A stretch of 64,000 nt of DNA from Marsupella aquatica (lineage: Eukaryota; Plantae; Marchantiophyta), in NCBI GenBank assembly GCA_973895155.1, contig OZ316896.1, forward strand, positions 22,153,722-22,217,721. Reading direction: 5' to 3'. Under the pieces are notes generated by a model. The model made no database searches and was not told the DNA's origin. It worked only from the letters and a program-made list of their open reading frames with translations. A program made the position numbers and the translations under genes. Shown here in pieces: positions 47,937 through 61,184 of this stretch (position 1 is its first letter; every line of letters begins with the position of its first letter).

Positions 47937-49731
47937 AGGATAGTTTATTTCTTCACTACAACATTTCCAGGCCGATGTGTAGAGTAAACCGGGTTATGGA
48001 AGGGAGCCTTCCAGAGTGCCTTCATCTTCCTTGTTTACCAAGTGAAGGCACTCCTCAATGTAAGTTAGAAACCTACTTCATTAAATTCATAGAGTTATGT
48101 TTCTATCCTGTAGAGCTTGATCTCTCCCTCTTCGTGGAACGCATTCTTTACTTTTCAGTACGGTACAGATCTATATACTAAATTTGTGGGTGAGTCACAT
48201 GTGCTTTTCTTTGCACTACCAAATTTTTCTCTTCCAAAAGCGGAGACTTCCTTAGAAGAAGTTAATTTTCACTCTCAGAAGAAAATGAGCTTTAAGCCGT
48301 TCGCAATGTTCAAATTCCTAGCCTCAAGTTGTAGGTCTTGAATTTTAGGTGATGAACAAGAAGCAGGAGCAAAGTTTTGGATTTCAGCGAGTTTCCGTAG
48401 GGATCCGTTAAATGTGTATGCTACAATTGCAAATCGATGCAAATAGTGAAGGATGGAAGTTTGTTGCGAGTCTCTGCTACTTTGACAAGCTGCAGCGCAC
48501 GTCCTAAAACAAAAAATGTTGTTTCAGGTCATTTCCCTCCTCTACAAGGTTACTGTCGACCCTAAATCTGTAAATCTTGAAGTGCAAGAGAAGAACAGCT
48601 CACTCAACCAATCCGAGAGCATTGAAACCAGCTATCTGATCTGCGTGATAATCCACAATCAATCTAACGCCTCTCCAACGTGTAAGTAGGGTTGATATCA
48701 GGGTCGAAGGATAGATTTTTCAAGACAACAGTTCCTGGCCTATCTGTACGAATGGAAGGCGTACTGAGAAATTTATCTGTAGAGTAAAGGGTACAGAAGG
48801 AAGCCTTCCACAGTGCTTTCATCCTTTATTCCATGTTAAGGCAGTCTTCTCGTGTCTAATCTGTCACTTTCAAACCCTTTCGAAGGCGTCTAGAAAGTTC
48901 AGTTTCTTTTTGTATCTGTTTGTTCCGATGATATTTTCAGCAAGGTTAATACGGCAAGCCAGTCTGGGTGATATGTAACTTTTGAAGCTGAGATTCCTTT
49001 TTCTCTCAAACATTGCACACAAACCCAGACTTCAAATAAAGCCAAGGGGAGGCACGGTAGGAAAACCTTTTCCTCCTGAATCTCAACCAGGTGATAAGAC
49101 CTGTAATCGCAGTGGCAGGGCTCCGTATGATGCAACCCCAACGTTCAAGATACACGCGGTGCGAGAGCGGAGAGAATTGATGACACATGAATCGACATAT
49201 TTGAGAGCAATCTTTATTTCAGCGGATGTCCCCTAAAAAACACAATTTGTGGTACTTCTATAGAAGAACATCACCGCAGACAAGTAGCACAGAGACGCCA
49301 TTCAGAGAAGTAGACAAGTTTTCTACAGTGTACTGTATATTTGTTGGTGCAAAACTAGATAGGGTAGTACCATTCTCAACCGACAACCAGGGAGAGCAAT
49401 TCTCTGTAGTAACAATTCTATAAAGTCTCAACCCACCGGAACGGTACACCCAAGCTACGAAATACGTTCACAACTCTCAAGCAACTTCAGGGGAGGGAAA
49501 GCCCATTTAGGCTAGTGATATGTTACAACTTACTCAACGAGATTGAGTGCTCTTCACCTGACATTGAGGAGACTTCTTAATCCAAATCAACTTTGAAGAT
49601 GCGGCCTAAGATTGAAGACAAATTCCCTATGGTCTAAGAACACCGATAAATATCCCCCTCACTTTGCTATATACATACAGATACTCATTCAGATCCGTTG
49701 GGCATTGTCATCACTGCACTACTTTGTCCTT

Positions 49732-52700
49732 TTAACCAACCGACCAGTCATTATACAAATTTTGGGTTCTAAATTCAAGTAGGCAGTCAAAGTCGACGAC
49801 CTTGCTTACCCTCCTATTGCGCAGATATGGTGTGTCTGCCGAGGGGAGAGGAGTACACAGTTCACTATACGAAATTTCAGCCTGATATCTTAAGTTCAAT
49901 TCTAAGAACGAATTCGGATCAAGATCTGCAAGAATTTCTCCTTTGAACTTCATCGGGGGACTTCCCTCAAAGTGAAGAACAAGGGCTGCATGACTACATT
50001 CCTCACGGTCTACTTTGAGTCTGTTCTTAACATGACATTGTAACTCGAGAGTTTTTGATCCAGGTTCGCTGTGTCTCGGATGAATCCCAGACAGCTCCAA
50101 CCATACGAGATCTTCAGGACATTTGCTCTGACCTATATCACCGCATGGGCGAGAAACTTCAAGTACTCGGCGCCGTGGAGGGAAATTATAGTCCTCGTCG
50201 CCTTGAAGGCTTATCTCGTCACCGTCGTTGAGAGAGGCATCTAAATTAGTTCGCACAGACTTCAAAACCAAAGCATTGGTTTTTTTGTCGATAGATTCAT
50301 CCATCGTCACAGCTCCTCTGATTTGTAGTAAATCAACAAGTACTTGCTTGTCACCGTGATCACTTCTTACGCAACAGCTAAGACTGGTTTCTGCACTTAC
50401 TTTCAAATTCACAGGAACCTCTTGGTAGCCTCCTGTCTCAGTGAAATTTATTGTCGTCATTGAGATGTCTTTGTCAACACTAGTTGACACTATGCGCCCT
50501 TGGCGCAGTTTGGGCATTGTGACGTAGCAGTCACTACCTCGTTGCCTGGTTGAACGTTTACTAACGTGCTGAGCTCCTTGGGAAAAAGACGTAGATGGCC
50601 GTTCTTGGCTTGGAGAAGTTGATGTAAAGGACACAGCTAAAAGTTGCGAGCGGCATAAACATTTCACATGTGTTTTCGGGCCTGCAACATTTGGATCCGC
50701 ACGAGTGTTATTGTCAACCTAAAAACCGGTCTCGAAGTGTCTTCAGTTGAAGAGTCCATGATTCGCAAAAAAATTCAAATTACTCAATTCCTGAGCAGCT
50801 GGGATCAGAAGTGAAATTTCAAAACTCTAATTTTTTTAGATCAACGCTGTACCGGGACGTTCACGTTGCTGAAATTAATGAGGTTTTGATTTGGAACAAA
50901 CTCATGAATGTCTTACAATTTGATCCACAATTGCGCTAGCAAGTAGGTTATTGTTTGATCCTAAACTAATATCTTTTCATGGATAGCAGTGAATTTTTAT
51001 GAATGTCATCCAATTTCATTGCCTGCTCCTGCTGATTAGGAAGGAAAGGAGACTTGCCTGCTTCCGTTTTACGTGTCAGGTGGAATATATCATCGTGTTT
51101 TTCAGCGTTGAAGCTTGTTTCTTCAATTTTTCCGAATTCACCAGTGTCATTGGAGGCTATGCCCTGTTCCGTAGCTCCTACACAAACGTCATTGTTGTCA
51201 GGTGTACATGTTGTCGTTGGAAGCTGCACAGCGTCCTCCATTCTCTCGTAAAACATTGTGGTCCAGGTCTCATATATCTCTAAATACCCGGCTCTCTGAA
51301 GTACCGTCATTACTTCCTCTCGTTCATGCTCCTGAAGATTGAACAACCATATCTTGGAGACAAAGTAACCACTTTCACCAACATCATTGACTTCTACTAA
51401 AAAGTTGTCCATGAGCTCTGATCGCTTGCCACATATTTGGTGGCTATGTGGCGTCTCAGCAATATTTCGATTGGCAGTCCGAATCCCATTGAGACATTGC
51501 TCTTTCTCGAGTTTGTCTATTGTGTCAAATAGAATCCCTTCAATATGGGACGGGTGAGGTATCATTGGGGACCCGCTGTGTGACATTCCCCCATGGGACA
51601 TATGAGCTATCAGATGGGAGGTGCGTCCCGGAGCCATGACATCCGACATTTCCATGCCTGGATGGGCCATCCCAAATTCCTTGATCGATTGCAGAACAAG
51701 ACAAAGTAATCAAGAAGTTATCAGAACAACAAATTACAACGAGAACCTGAACAACGTAAGATCCAAAGGAAATCAATAGCCTTCTACAGTAATAATTGAG
51801 CTGGTCACACAGAACAAAAAAGGATAATATCAAGAAGCTAGCAAAAATCAGCCACAGATCCAATATGAAACAATACCAACCTCTGACCGAATCTGATGCA
51901 TTTTCAGATATTGGAGATATTCGGCAACCTCGTCCAACATGGATACCTTATCAGCCTGCTAACCAGACAGCCATATTGTCAGCCTCAGACCGATACACAA
52001 ATGCAGCTAGCTGCAATGGATATTGGCCTCGGTCAAGTTCCTCCACGAGAAAACGAATCAGCGGGGTGAACCGTCACCACATACGTACCTGGTTAATTTT
52101 CGGTATAAGTTCGTGCAACGCCTTAAGCATTTCAATGATTTGGTCTCTCAGCCTCTGCGGTGAAAGACAAAGAGATCAACACAAGCATATCCTCTTCAAG
52201 TCATACATAGACTTAGAAAGGCATATCAATGACATCCCCGGCCTCCTCACAGATGCATAGTCTTCGACGGAGAGGGTAGGACACGGTATTGGGTTGTTTT
52301 CCAGAGGAGCAACCTGGGGAGATTCAATCGGAGCTGCCTCAGGCACTGGAAGGGCAGGCGCGGATTCTCGTTCCAAAGCCTTCTTCACAGCCTCCACGAA
52401 AGAGCCGGACGGCTTCTTGTCGATGTCGTCATCGATATAAGTCAGAGGACCCCGATCCTCCCAACTTCTCTTTCGGAAAACCCGGCACAAGACGAACAAG
52501 TCCTGCAGAAGCAATCCACAATGATGAGCTCGGTCTACAAGTTGGAAATGACATGGATAAGAAGGCTCGGGAGCTGTAGGCCATAATCTAAAGACCGAAG
52601 AAGATTCTGAGAAGGAAAATTAAACGAAGCTAAACAGAGTCAAACATGAACGGAAGGAACAAGCTCGATAACATCCAAACCATGTCATACCTGCGACGCG

Positions 52701-53260
52701 TTCACTTTCTCAGACTCCTCCTCATCCATCCTATATTCGTGCATAACCCAACGCGTTTTCTCTCCATGAGGCGCTCTTCCTCGGTAAAACACTAGAGTCT
52801 TCTTCATTCCTACGAGCCGACCAGCCTTCACCACCTCCCTGTCCTTCCCTGTTGCTTTCCAGTACCCAGCTTCCGTCGCTCGATTAGTACGCAAGCCAGT
52901 GGGATACTTCTTATCTCGGGGACAGAAAAAGTACCACAAGCCACTTCCACTTCCTAATGAGCACTTCTCTGCGGGAAGGCAAGCAAGCAAGGCAGAGAAC
53001 AGTGAGTCGTCGTTACTGGCTTACAGGATCGGGATACTTATAAAGAGCGAAAGCAAAAAAGTCGAGATCGGCAACGCAAATAAGCCCTGTGCTTGCATAC
53101 CTTTTAAATCCCATGGTTCGTGCTTGCATAAATCAATCTCGGGAATGATGTTACATTCGATGGTGCTGCCTGCAACCTTCCTCTTCAGATAGTATGCGAC
53201 CAGCTCCTCATCCGTGGGGTGGAACCTGAAGCCAGCGGGAAACGCCGTGACCCCGGCCAT
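49732..53260 (-). CDS. NAC transcription factor fused to a PIF-like HLH and two unknown C-terminal domains (~800 aa, 7 exons)
   Basis: Exons 53260-53101, 52968-52691 and 52502-52251 encode the NAC ([48 protein letters not shown]). Exons 52154-52089 ([22 protein letters not shown]) and 51955-51881 ([18 protein letters not shown]) encode the HLH. Exons 51679-51058 (GC donor) and 50681-49732 complete the model. Total 2403 nt, in frame. Confidence 0.8.
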
Positions 53261-53906
53261 GATTACTTCGTCCGGGAGTAAGCAATCAACCTACGGTGTA
53301 CTACGCTTCCCTTGGAATGTCAATTCAAGAGGTTGGATTGCAGGAATCGCAGGCGTTCCCAGCGATGTGTCAATCAGCTTAGATCCACTTTCGAGCAATA
53401 TAAACATTTCAGTCACCTGCTGCTCCGACAATTACAAGTCCCTATTACCACTGTACGATGCCGCTTTGTTCGTACCGGCTCAAGCGCGATCGACGACCAT
53501 TTCCTGATATATTTGCACCTTGCCGCCGGGCAATCCGTCCGTTCTTGTGATGTGTAGGACCCAAAGCTTCTACGCGAAGCGACTCCAAATCGGTGAGACC
53601 AAACTCCGAATCCGTAAGAACGAACGCGACCACAGGACTTACTACACGATCATTCCCGTGGACGGGAGGAGCGCCCAAAACCGCAGCCGCTTGCCCAGGA
53701 GATGATGAAAGGAAGAACAAAGAGGACGATTAGGAGGAGAGGGGCGTGTATGCGAACAAAAATACACTGCCACTAATGTGTTTCTGAGGACTGTCTGGTT
53801 CCTTGCATCCCTACTGTCACTTTCCGTCATAATCGTGAGACTATGACCAATCGGCACTCATAGTAATTCTTTTCAGGACCATGTAAACAAATTAGCACTT
53901 AAGGAT

Positions 53907-54053
53907 GCCCCTGTGGTGTACCTTCTTGTACCCAAATTATCCAAGACTAAGTAGAAATAATACATGGTTGCTCAAAATGTCCCTTGTGGTGTACCTTCTC
54001 GTACCCAAATTATCCAAGACTAAGTAGAAATAATACATGGTTGCTCAAAATGT
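53907..54053. repeat. ~73-bp tandem duplication upstream of the NAC gene
   Basis: TGTGGTGTACCTTC..GTACCCAAATTATCCAAGACTAAGTAGAAATAATACATGGTTGCTCAAAATGTC occurs twice. Confidence 0.9.
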
Positions 54054-57000
54054 CAAATGTTCGACACGAACAGCATGACGTTTAAAAATCATCATTTAAA
54101 AATCATCATACATATAGCACACGAATAGATCCACACAAAGATACATGATTCATCTTGTCCAGCCTACATCCACGCCCACACCAAGAGCTTCACTATATAT
54201 ACACAAAAATGTACATCACTAAGTTCACTCTAGAATGATGGTTGGTTTTGGGGGCCAGACTCCAGAATAATGGTGACAAGGCAACCTGCCTGCTTCGTGA
54301 TTCCCTTAGCGTTCAGTGATGCTGTTGCTGGGGTTTGACCAATGTTGATGTTCAAGCTGAAGGAGTCCAAAGTCTAAATATCAGTTAGATTGTTTTTTGA
54401 GCTCTAAAAGTAATGGCTTTGTAAAACTCCACAAAGATTTAGAGTTACCACGGTCTGTCTACTCACTTGTTGGTGGGCATATTCATCAAGGTTCTGAGCA
54501 AACGGTCTTCCCCGGTTGTGCTCCATGCGTTGTGACTAAAACCCGTGAATGAGATTGGCTACTTCAAACCTTCCTTGTCTGTGTGCAATTCAAATCGATT
54601 GTTTTGTGGGGAGTTACTTTCACTCTGAAAAGACCTGTTCATGAAAGTCATGCAAAGCTAAAATACAGAAGGAGATAGGACAAGCAGAGAGGAGAGCACA
54701 TGCTTTTAATAGGACAGACTGACCAATCAACATGAGATGATTTACTTCGCATTGCAAGTATAGTGGCAGGTTTGTTCCATGTTGTCTCCATTGATTTGAT
54801 CCTGGAGGAGCATGGTTTCCAAAGACAATTGACATCTCAGTAGAAGAATTTGTTCAATTTCATTCTGGACCCTCGACAGATTTTTTTGTCATCCCAAAGT
54901 TCAGAAACTTTTCATTCGTGAAGCTTCTGTCCATCGAGACACCATTAAAGCATTGTCTCCAGGAGTCCACGCGAAACATATTTATTTTGAAAACCCTGAT
55001 TGCATCATGACTTGAGTCCTCGAAACTATATCTCAAGGATCGATTGCTCCTTGAAAGTGACGGAAATACTTATGCAGAGGGATTGCCAGTTACCAAACCC
55101 ATTTCTGCATATCATGTCTCTTTGGGTGCGCGCGAAGGTCGTTAGCGAGTGGCTACCATCACCATGTACTGCACAAGTTTCCACATCCTCAAATCAGGGT
55201 CTCGAAGAAGAAGTCTAAAACGCACAACAAACACTATTCAACATTAATTTGTCTAGGATCACGAATTAGGAAACGCAGACACTGACAAAGTCGATTTTAA
55301 CCTCGTCTTTCATTTCCTCAAAGAGATGGGGAATAAGGTTGTACTAACTACGGCTTAGTCGGAAAAAAATAGTGCAAACATGGTCCGCGATAGTTAGTTT
55401 TTGCTTTATGTATTTTGTCATAACAAAAGAAGGTGAGATCTAGCCTATGAGAGAATGAAGAGGAAACGTCCCAACTCAAGATGAAGGATGAGAAATACAT
55501 ACCTCCAAGGTTGGCAGAACCTTTCAGAGGAGTCGTTAATTATCGTGCCCCAATTTTTCTATCCCTCGTGGGTTGTCCTCTCTGGAAATAACTTAGAAAT
55601 CTGGCCACTTTTACAGCCAACTGCATGAATCATGCATCAAACTATCCCCAGCGGTTAGCTATACATCGGAGATAGCTCGTCAAACGGAACGGAACCAACT
55701 TCACCATTACACCGAGAAAAAAATAGAGCGAAGTGTAAGGACTTAACACCTCTGCTGTTTTGGTCATGAACTGCGGCCTTCCATCAGATACGGCATTGTG
55801 TGTGCATCCTGCTGCATTAAACACAGTTTGATAAGCGTCTGACTGCCGCTTGTTACTCCGCACTTCTCTCCCTTGCACTAAATCATCATCACCCTCGAAA
55901 TTTGTTACCTGAGAAGAAATATGTGTCTTACTGCATCACTTCAATACGAACGTTCATAACTGCAAAACCAAGATGAATGATTTTCAACAACTTGAGAGAA
56001 AGAGGACAGGATTAGTGCATACTACATATACACGTGGAACACGGTGCGCAGTCGGATTCTCAGTGCTGAATTTGCAGATAGCTAACATCCTCCAACAGAA
56101 AAACTTCATTCTTTTCGTCAGACCTTCCAAAAGGGCCTACATTATGTTGTTCCGGCAGCCTGGTAGAAACACAAGGCTTGCTTCCCGAGGGATCGCTAAA
56201 GAGATAAAGGTAGATTATCTAGTGAGCAAACTCGAAATATAGAGATTCCTGATTTCATGCATTCACGAAGTGCTCGAAACCAAACCCTCGATATCTCCTT
56301 CTCAGAACGGAATTGGATATCTGAAGTGGCCTCGCAAATCAACCCACTGTTTCAACACAAATTAACACCGCATTCCCATCATGGTCTAAAGCTCATCTAT
56401 AGACATAGCCATGTTACTGTCTTCAAGTCAAAACAGACAGTTATCAAAGCAGGCACTGACAAAGTATATTCTTGGCAACCAATTATGCGTCAGCTCTTTT
56501 GTGGAGTTCCATGAAAGTATTCATGAATCTCAGACGGATTGGACAAAGGTTTGCTAGATACACAAAAGCAAACGCATATGGCCCTATGACACTTACCTCT
56601 CCCACTGCATTGACCACAAAGGGTCCCGAGATCATCAGTCCAGAAACAAAAGGAAACTTAGATAGTTGACACGAAACAACGAGGCTTCTGCAATAATATC
56701 TACCTTGATATGGTTCATACTCTGGGTGGTGTAATCATGAGTCTGGAGCCTTGTTAAAAGCTCGAACAATGCTAGACAGCAATCTGATGATTCCTTGAAG
56801 AGAATGGGATCTCTTTCACCTCTGAGTATAGAATCTGCAAGATCTTTGTCTCACGGAGTCACTCTAAAGGAGCTTAAGCGCACAGATGTCTTCAGCCATG
56901 CAGCTGATCCAGGTTTCCAGGGAGTGTTAACTTCTTTACTAGTGGTAAGGGATCGTCAAGACCAGCCTGATATCGCCACCAAACTTGTCGTGTACCCGTG

Positions 57001-58786
57001 CCATGCATGTGGTAGCAGGTTAGCCACAGAGCTGAGAAATTTGAGGGCTGGCACTGACCTCGTTTAGTGAATCTTTGTAGCTACAATGTCTATTTCCGTA
57101 TTCATAAACGAAGGCCCATGCTACCAGAGACAGTGAAGGGGGAAACCAGGGTAAGCTTTGATCAAACTCCTCAAAGGTGAGACCTAGTCACGTATCGAGA
57201 CAATGTAACAGAGCCTGATCAAGTTTGGTGTGGTTGCCAAGAGTGTGCACTGATTTAGAAGATTAAACCTTGAACAGGACAAGGTTATGCTCTCCTTGAC
57301 AATGAATACCCTAGACTTGATAAAAACCTTGCCGTTCAGCAGGACGTCGTTCTCGTGGGATGAAGAAAGGGCGAGCAATCCTCTCTCCATGTTCATTCTA
57401 TTCAATTAAGGCGGAGGTGCAGGGTGGACGATCCGCTAGACATTATATCCTAGAGGAAAGCTTTAGCAGAAGATCATCTATATAATTGTTAAAAAAACTA
57501 CCTCAGAAACTCTTCACTCAGATGAAGACCATCTTCTGGTGCCTGAGATCTGGACTGAGAATTCTGCTCCTCACGCCTTGAGCTCAGAATCACACCTTGA
57601 TCAGACACAGATGATGATACACCCTTGACGGCATTCCACATGATTATCTTGGGAGGAATCCTGCGACTAGTGTTCACACACCTACCAATATCCCGAAATT
57701 GGTAGCGGGTCCTTGTCCATTTATTCCAGAATACCACACCGATATCTTGTCATTCTCCTGCTTTCTGCTTTGCCCACTGACGCCTTCCAATCCCAGTGCG
57801 GAGCTAACTTTTTCACGAACGACCAATAACTCCCGCAGGTCCTTGCCTTCCCTCTCCCCCGTTCAAATACCTCCAGTGGGGTAAAGATTAGGCTTTGACT
57901 GTGAATAGACATTCACAGTTCTAGTTACCAATACTCCAACTTGTCCAATTGAACTTGAAAGCATTATAGAAGTTCGACGAACTACCCCCCGTTGGCGTCT
58001 TAGGTGAAGTTGTAGGAGATGGTTTTGAGCGTTTTCCCCAGAGCCACAGGGTTAAGGGGTCCGCTTCTGACTTGTCCAAAGAATGTTCCAAGTGAGCCGC
58101 AAGTTGCTTCCGCAGTCCAGCAACAACTGAGGTGAGGGCGCCCAATAGTGCCACATCAAAATCATCTGTATCGGCTGTAGACGACAAGTTTCCATCAGTA
58201 ACAGGAAGCTTACCCAAACTCGCCCCAAGTTCCCCCACCGCACAAGAGACTTTGAAACGTTGAGACCGGGATTCATAAGGACCTAGTACTGCTCTCGTGC
58301 AGAAAACACATTCACCGAAAGACCACGGCTAGGTTACTCCGCTGGATTGAAGAGATTTGGCAAGGCGGCAACAGGGCTACTTGGAAGATTGGGGGTTCGG
58401 GTTCGTCGCAGACAGGCCTGCGCAAGGAAACACGCCTGCGGGTCTCTCTGGCTGGGCTGGTCAAAAGTCAACATGTTCAAGACTTTTCGATTCACCCTAT
58501 TTTTTTTCAATTGGGTACGGCACTGTACACATACAAGTTGGACCTATTACGTACTGACCTTTATCACACTTCCAAAAGCAAAAAGCGTCAAACCTGGAGA
58601 TAGGGAAAGTGTCTCACAATATTTTTGCTTCTGACCGATGAAAGCGAAAGCCTGTGGCTCAGAGGATCAGACCCTACCAATGCCAGTTCTCCACAAAACT
58701 ATGCAGTCTCCGTCGCCGAAAATTTTGTTCCTACCTTAACCTTATTGCAATGTGATGGTTTTCTTTGTGGTTGGGTGTGCGTTTTA

Positions 58787-59080
58787 TTTTTTGCCTTGAA
58801 TATCGAAAGACCCATCCAGGATAGACATCAACTCGGGAGCATGCACCTCTGTAGGGTAACCCACAAGGGGGGTCATACCCAGGACCACGAGGGAGAGAAC
58901 GTTAGACCAGAGCCCCAAAGAGGACCAGTTAGGGGCTGAGGAGAAACCAGTACTCTCACCACTACACCCCACCCACACACACACACACATCCTAAACCCT
59001 TGCATGTGGAGGGGGATTAACCTCTGACCTCTTGGTTCTAGGCTAATCCCCTAGCCAACTGACCACAGCCAGTTGGTTCG
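58787..59080 (-). mobile_element. tRNA-derived SINE, 294 bp, 14-bp TSD GGGTGTGCGTTTTA
   Basis: TSD at 58773-58786 and 59081-59094. The minus strand has A-box-like TGGTCAGTTGG, B-box-like GGTTAATCCC, an internal (TG)n and a short A tail. Confidence 0.8.
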
Positions 59081-60008
59081 GGGTGTGCGTTTTACTGTGA
59101 TCCTACGAACTGTAGTCACTCATCCCACTTATAGCTTTGCGGATGGAAGAACCCGTCTGAGTCCAGAGCACAGTGTGATGAAGCAAGATGACCAGCTCGC
59201 AGTGCTGATAACGCTGGCGCTCATCTGACTGCTCGACTTGCGGATGAAATCTCAGAGGGGCAGTCCTCAAAACTGAATGCGACAGGTGTTGATTAAACAC
59301 ATGAGTTCTGTCTTTCAATAGAGATAGAGGTTGAGCAACGCGAGCCTTTGAGTTGTGCAAGAGGGGGACAGGTTGAAGTGCTGGTGGAGCGAGTCCCTCA
59401 ATTACAAGTGCACCTATGCCACCGTCTTCCCAACGTGCGACGTCCAGAACAAAAATCTCTGTCGTCCCGGGAACACCACTTATCCTCATTGAAGCAAGCG
59501 ATAAGGTAGCATTGGATCCACCCTGCTTATCTTAGCGAGATTGCAAAGTACTCACTAAAAATGAAAATATTTGGTCCGATAATGACATTTTTTTCCAGGG
59601 CCACGAGGTTGATCAATGGAATCTAACTAAATGTTGCATGCATACTCCCCTGACATCAAGTTCTTGAAATCAGATTTTTGAGTTCTGAAGCCACAGGAAT
59701 GCCAACTCTTCTCTGCAGCTAAGGATTGCACCAGCATTTCGCGTGGACGCCCAAGGGCATCTCTAGCTTCGTCATGAACTATATTTTAGGCGTTTGGAAA
59801 TATTCTACGACAAGTTCAAGCCCCGAACAGACTGTGAGTGGTTCATTGGTACAGTAGTCACTGCTGTTCCCTCTCGTTCAATCCAAATTTAGAACTTTGA
59901 TAATTGGTACTGTACTAGTTTCTTGTTGGGTAACGATGCAGAGTTCTATATCTATTTCGTTGACGGCTTCCTCTTGCTATATCAAGAACTTTGCCTCTTG
60001 GATTGCAG

Positions 60009-61184
60009 AATAATGAGGATCATGATCCCATCATTAGGTTTCAAGATCCAGCCAAACCAAAATCGGTAGTTATTTTTTTTCACGACATCCTTTGGGATGG
60101 AGCGGACCAACAATTACATGAGTCAACATGGATGTCAAGTACTGAGCCTCCTGTTTCTTGGCCCAAAGCCTGGCTTAGTACTAAATATCCAGAAGCCCAA
60201 ATTTTATCTGCTCATTACGATGTTGGCATTTGGAAAGGAAAAAAGACAGGTCACATGGATTTGTATAAACTCAGTGAAAATCTATGGCAAGACATTCTTC
60301 CAACTTATTCAATAGATTGTCCTGTTTTCCTTGTTGGACACGGTCTTGGAGGGCTTGTTATCAAGGCACTTATCCACAAAATGCAAGAGAAACGAGATGC
60401 CTTGGCTAGACCAAAGTCTACTAGCTGGCAGCCAAGAAATGGCAAAGATTTGTGCAAGTTGGATAGTTTCTTGCAGAATGTCAAGGGTATTTTGTACTAC
60501 GCCTCACCATTCATGGGCACAAAACTGGCAGACGCAATAGACTCACCTGGCACAAGTTCTTTGTTGGATCCTTTAAAAGTACTAAGCACAGAGGCTTGCC
60601 GACTCAATGATTGGTTTACAAAGTGGCGGAGAGATCAAGGATGCAGTGCAAGAATGATTTTGGCAGGATGTCCAACTGAAGTGGTAAGAAGCTTTTCCCT
60701 ACCTCCAAATGACTGTATTAGGCTTTTGATTTTAGTGCTTCACTGGAGAACTTACTCACACTTACTGGTACCGTATGTGCAGGGTTTTTGGTATGGACAT
60801 TTGGTGGAGGAAGCAGCAGCTCGTCATGATATTGATGCCTTGTACACTGTTAGTGAAAGCGATCATTTTCATGTTTGTAAGCCTCAAAATGTGAATGATG
60901 TCCGCTTCAGGTGGCTCGTTGAACTCATTGATCCAGTAATGTTGACATCTCGGCAAGTTGCCCCCATTGTGGAGACTGATGGAAAACGTTTGTGTGAGGA
61001 ATCCGTCAAGAAAATATTGAGAGAAGCTCAAGAACTTGACGAGGGAACAGGACTACACCTGAAAATAGAAGATCTAACAAAAATTAGGAGATTTGAAGAT
61101 CTTTGGGCCAGTCTACAGGATGGCCTTGAAAAAGCTCGTTTGGTGTGTACGGGTGCTGATACATCTTTCGAGTATTGGGAGTAA
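60009..61184 (+). CDS. Alpha/beta-hydrolase (SesB/DUF676/PGAP1-like) domain of the type found N-terminal in liverwort HNL NLRs; nucleophile Ser replaced by Gly; ends uncertain
   Basis: Motifs VIFFHD, TW...WPKAWL...ILS..YD, PVFLVGHGLGGLVIK, KGILYYASPFMG, RLNDWF, LVEEAAAR and DHFHVCKP. There is an in-frame 99-bp intron (60684-60782), an acceptor at 60008 and a donor-like GTAAGT at ~61181. No P-loop is seen downstream. Confidence 0.7.
   Translation, partial: NNEDHDPIIRFQDPAKPKSVVIFFHDILWDGADQQLHESTWMSSTEPPVSWPKAWLSTKYPEAQILSAHYDVGIWKGKKTGHMDLYKLSENLWQDILPTYSIDCPVFLVGHGLGGLVIKALIHKMQEKRDALARPKSTSWQPRNGKDLCKLDSFLQNVKGILYYASPFMGTKLADAIDSPGTSSLLDPLKVLSTEACRLNDWFTKWRRDQGCSARMILAGCPTEVVRSFSLPPNDCIRLLILVLHWRTYSHLLVPYVQGFWYGHLVEEAAARHDIDALYTVSESDHFHVCKPQNVNDVRFRWLVELIDPVMLTSRQVAPIVETDGKRLCEESVKKILREAQELDEGTGLHLKIEDLTKIRRFEDLWASLQDGLEKARLVCTGADTSFEYWE

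Noticed and set aside
56700-58330. Degenerate coding-like sequence, possibly a LINE endonuclease (IMWNAVKG)
   Set aside because: Only one weak motif is present and the other APE motifs were not found in order.
59103-59489. 128-aa minus-strand ORF, or a decayed small Cys-containing protein on the plus strand
   Set aside because: There are no recognisable motifs and the plus frame has multiple stops.
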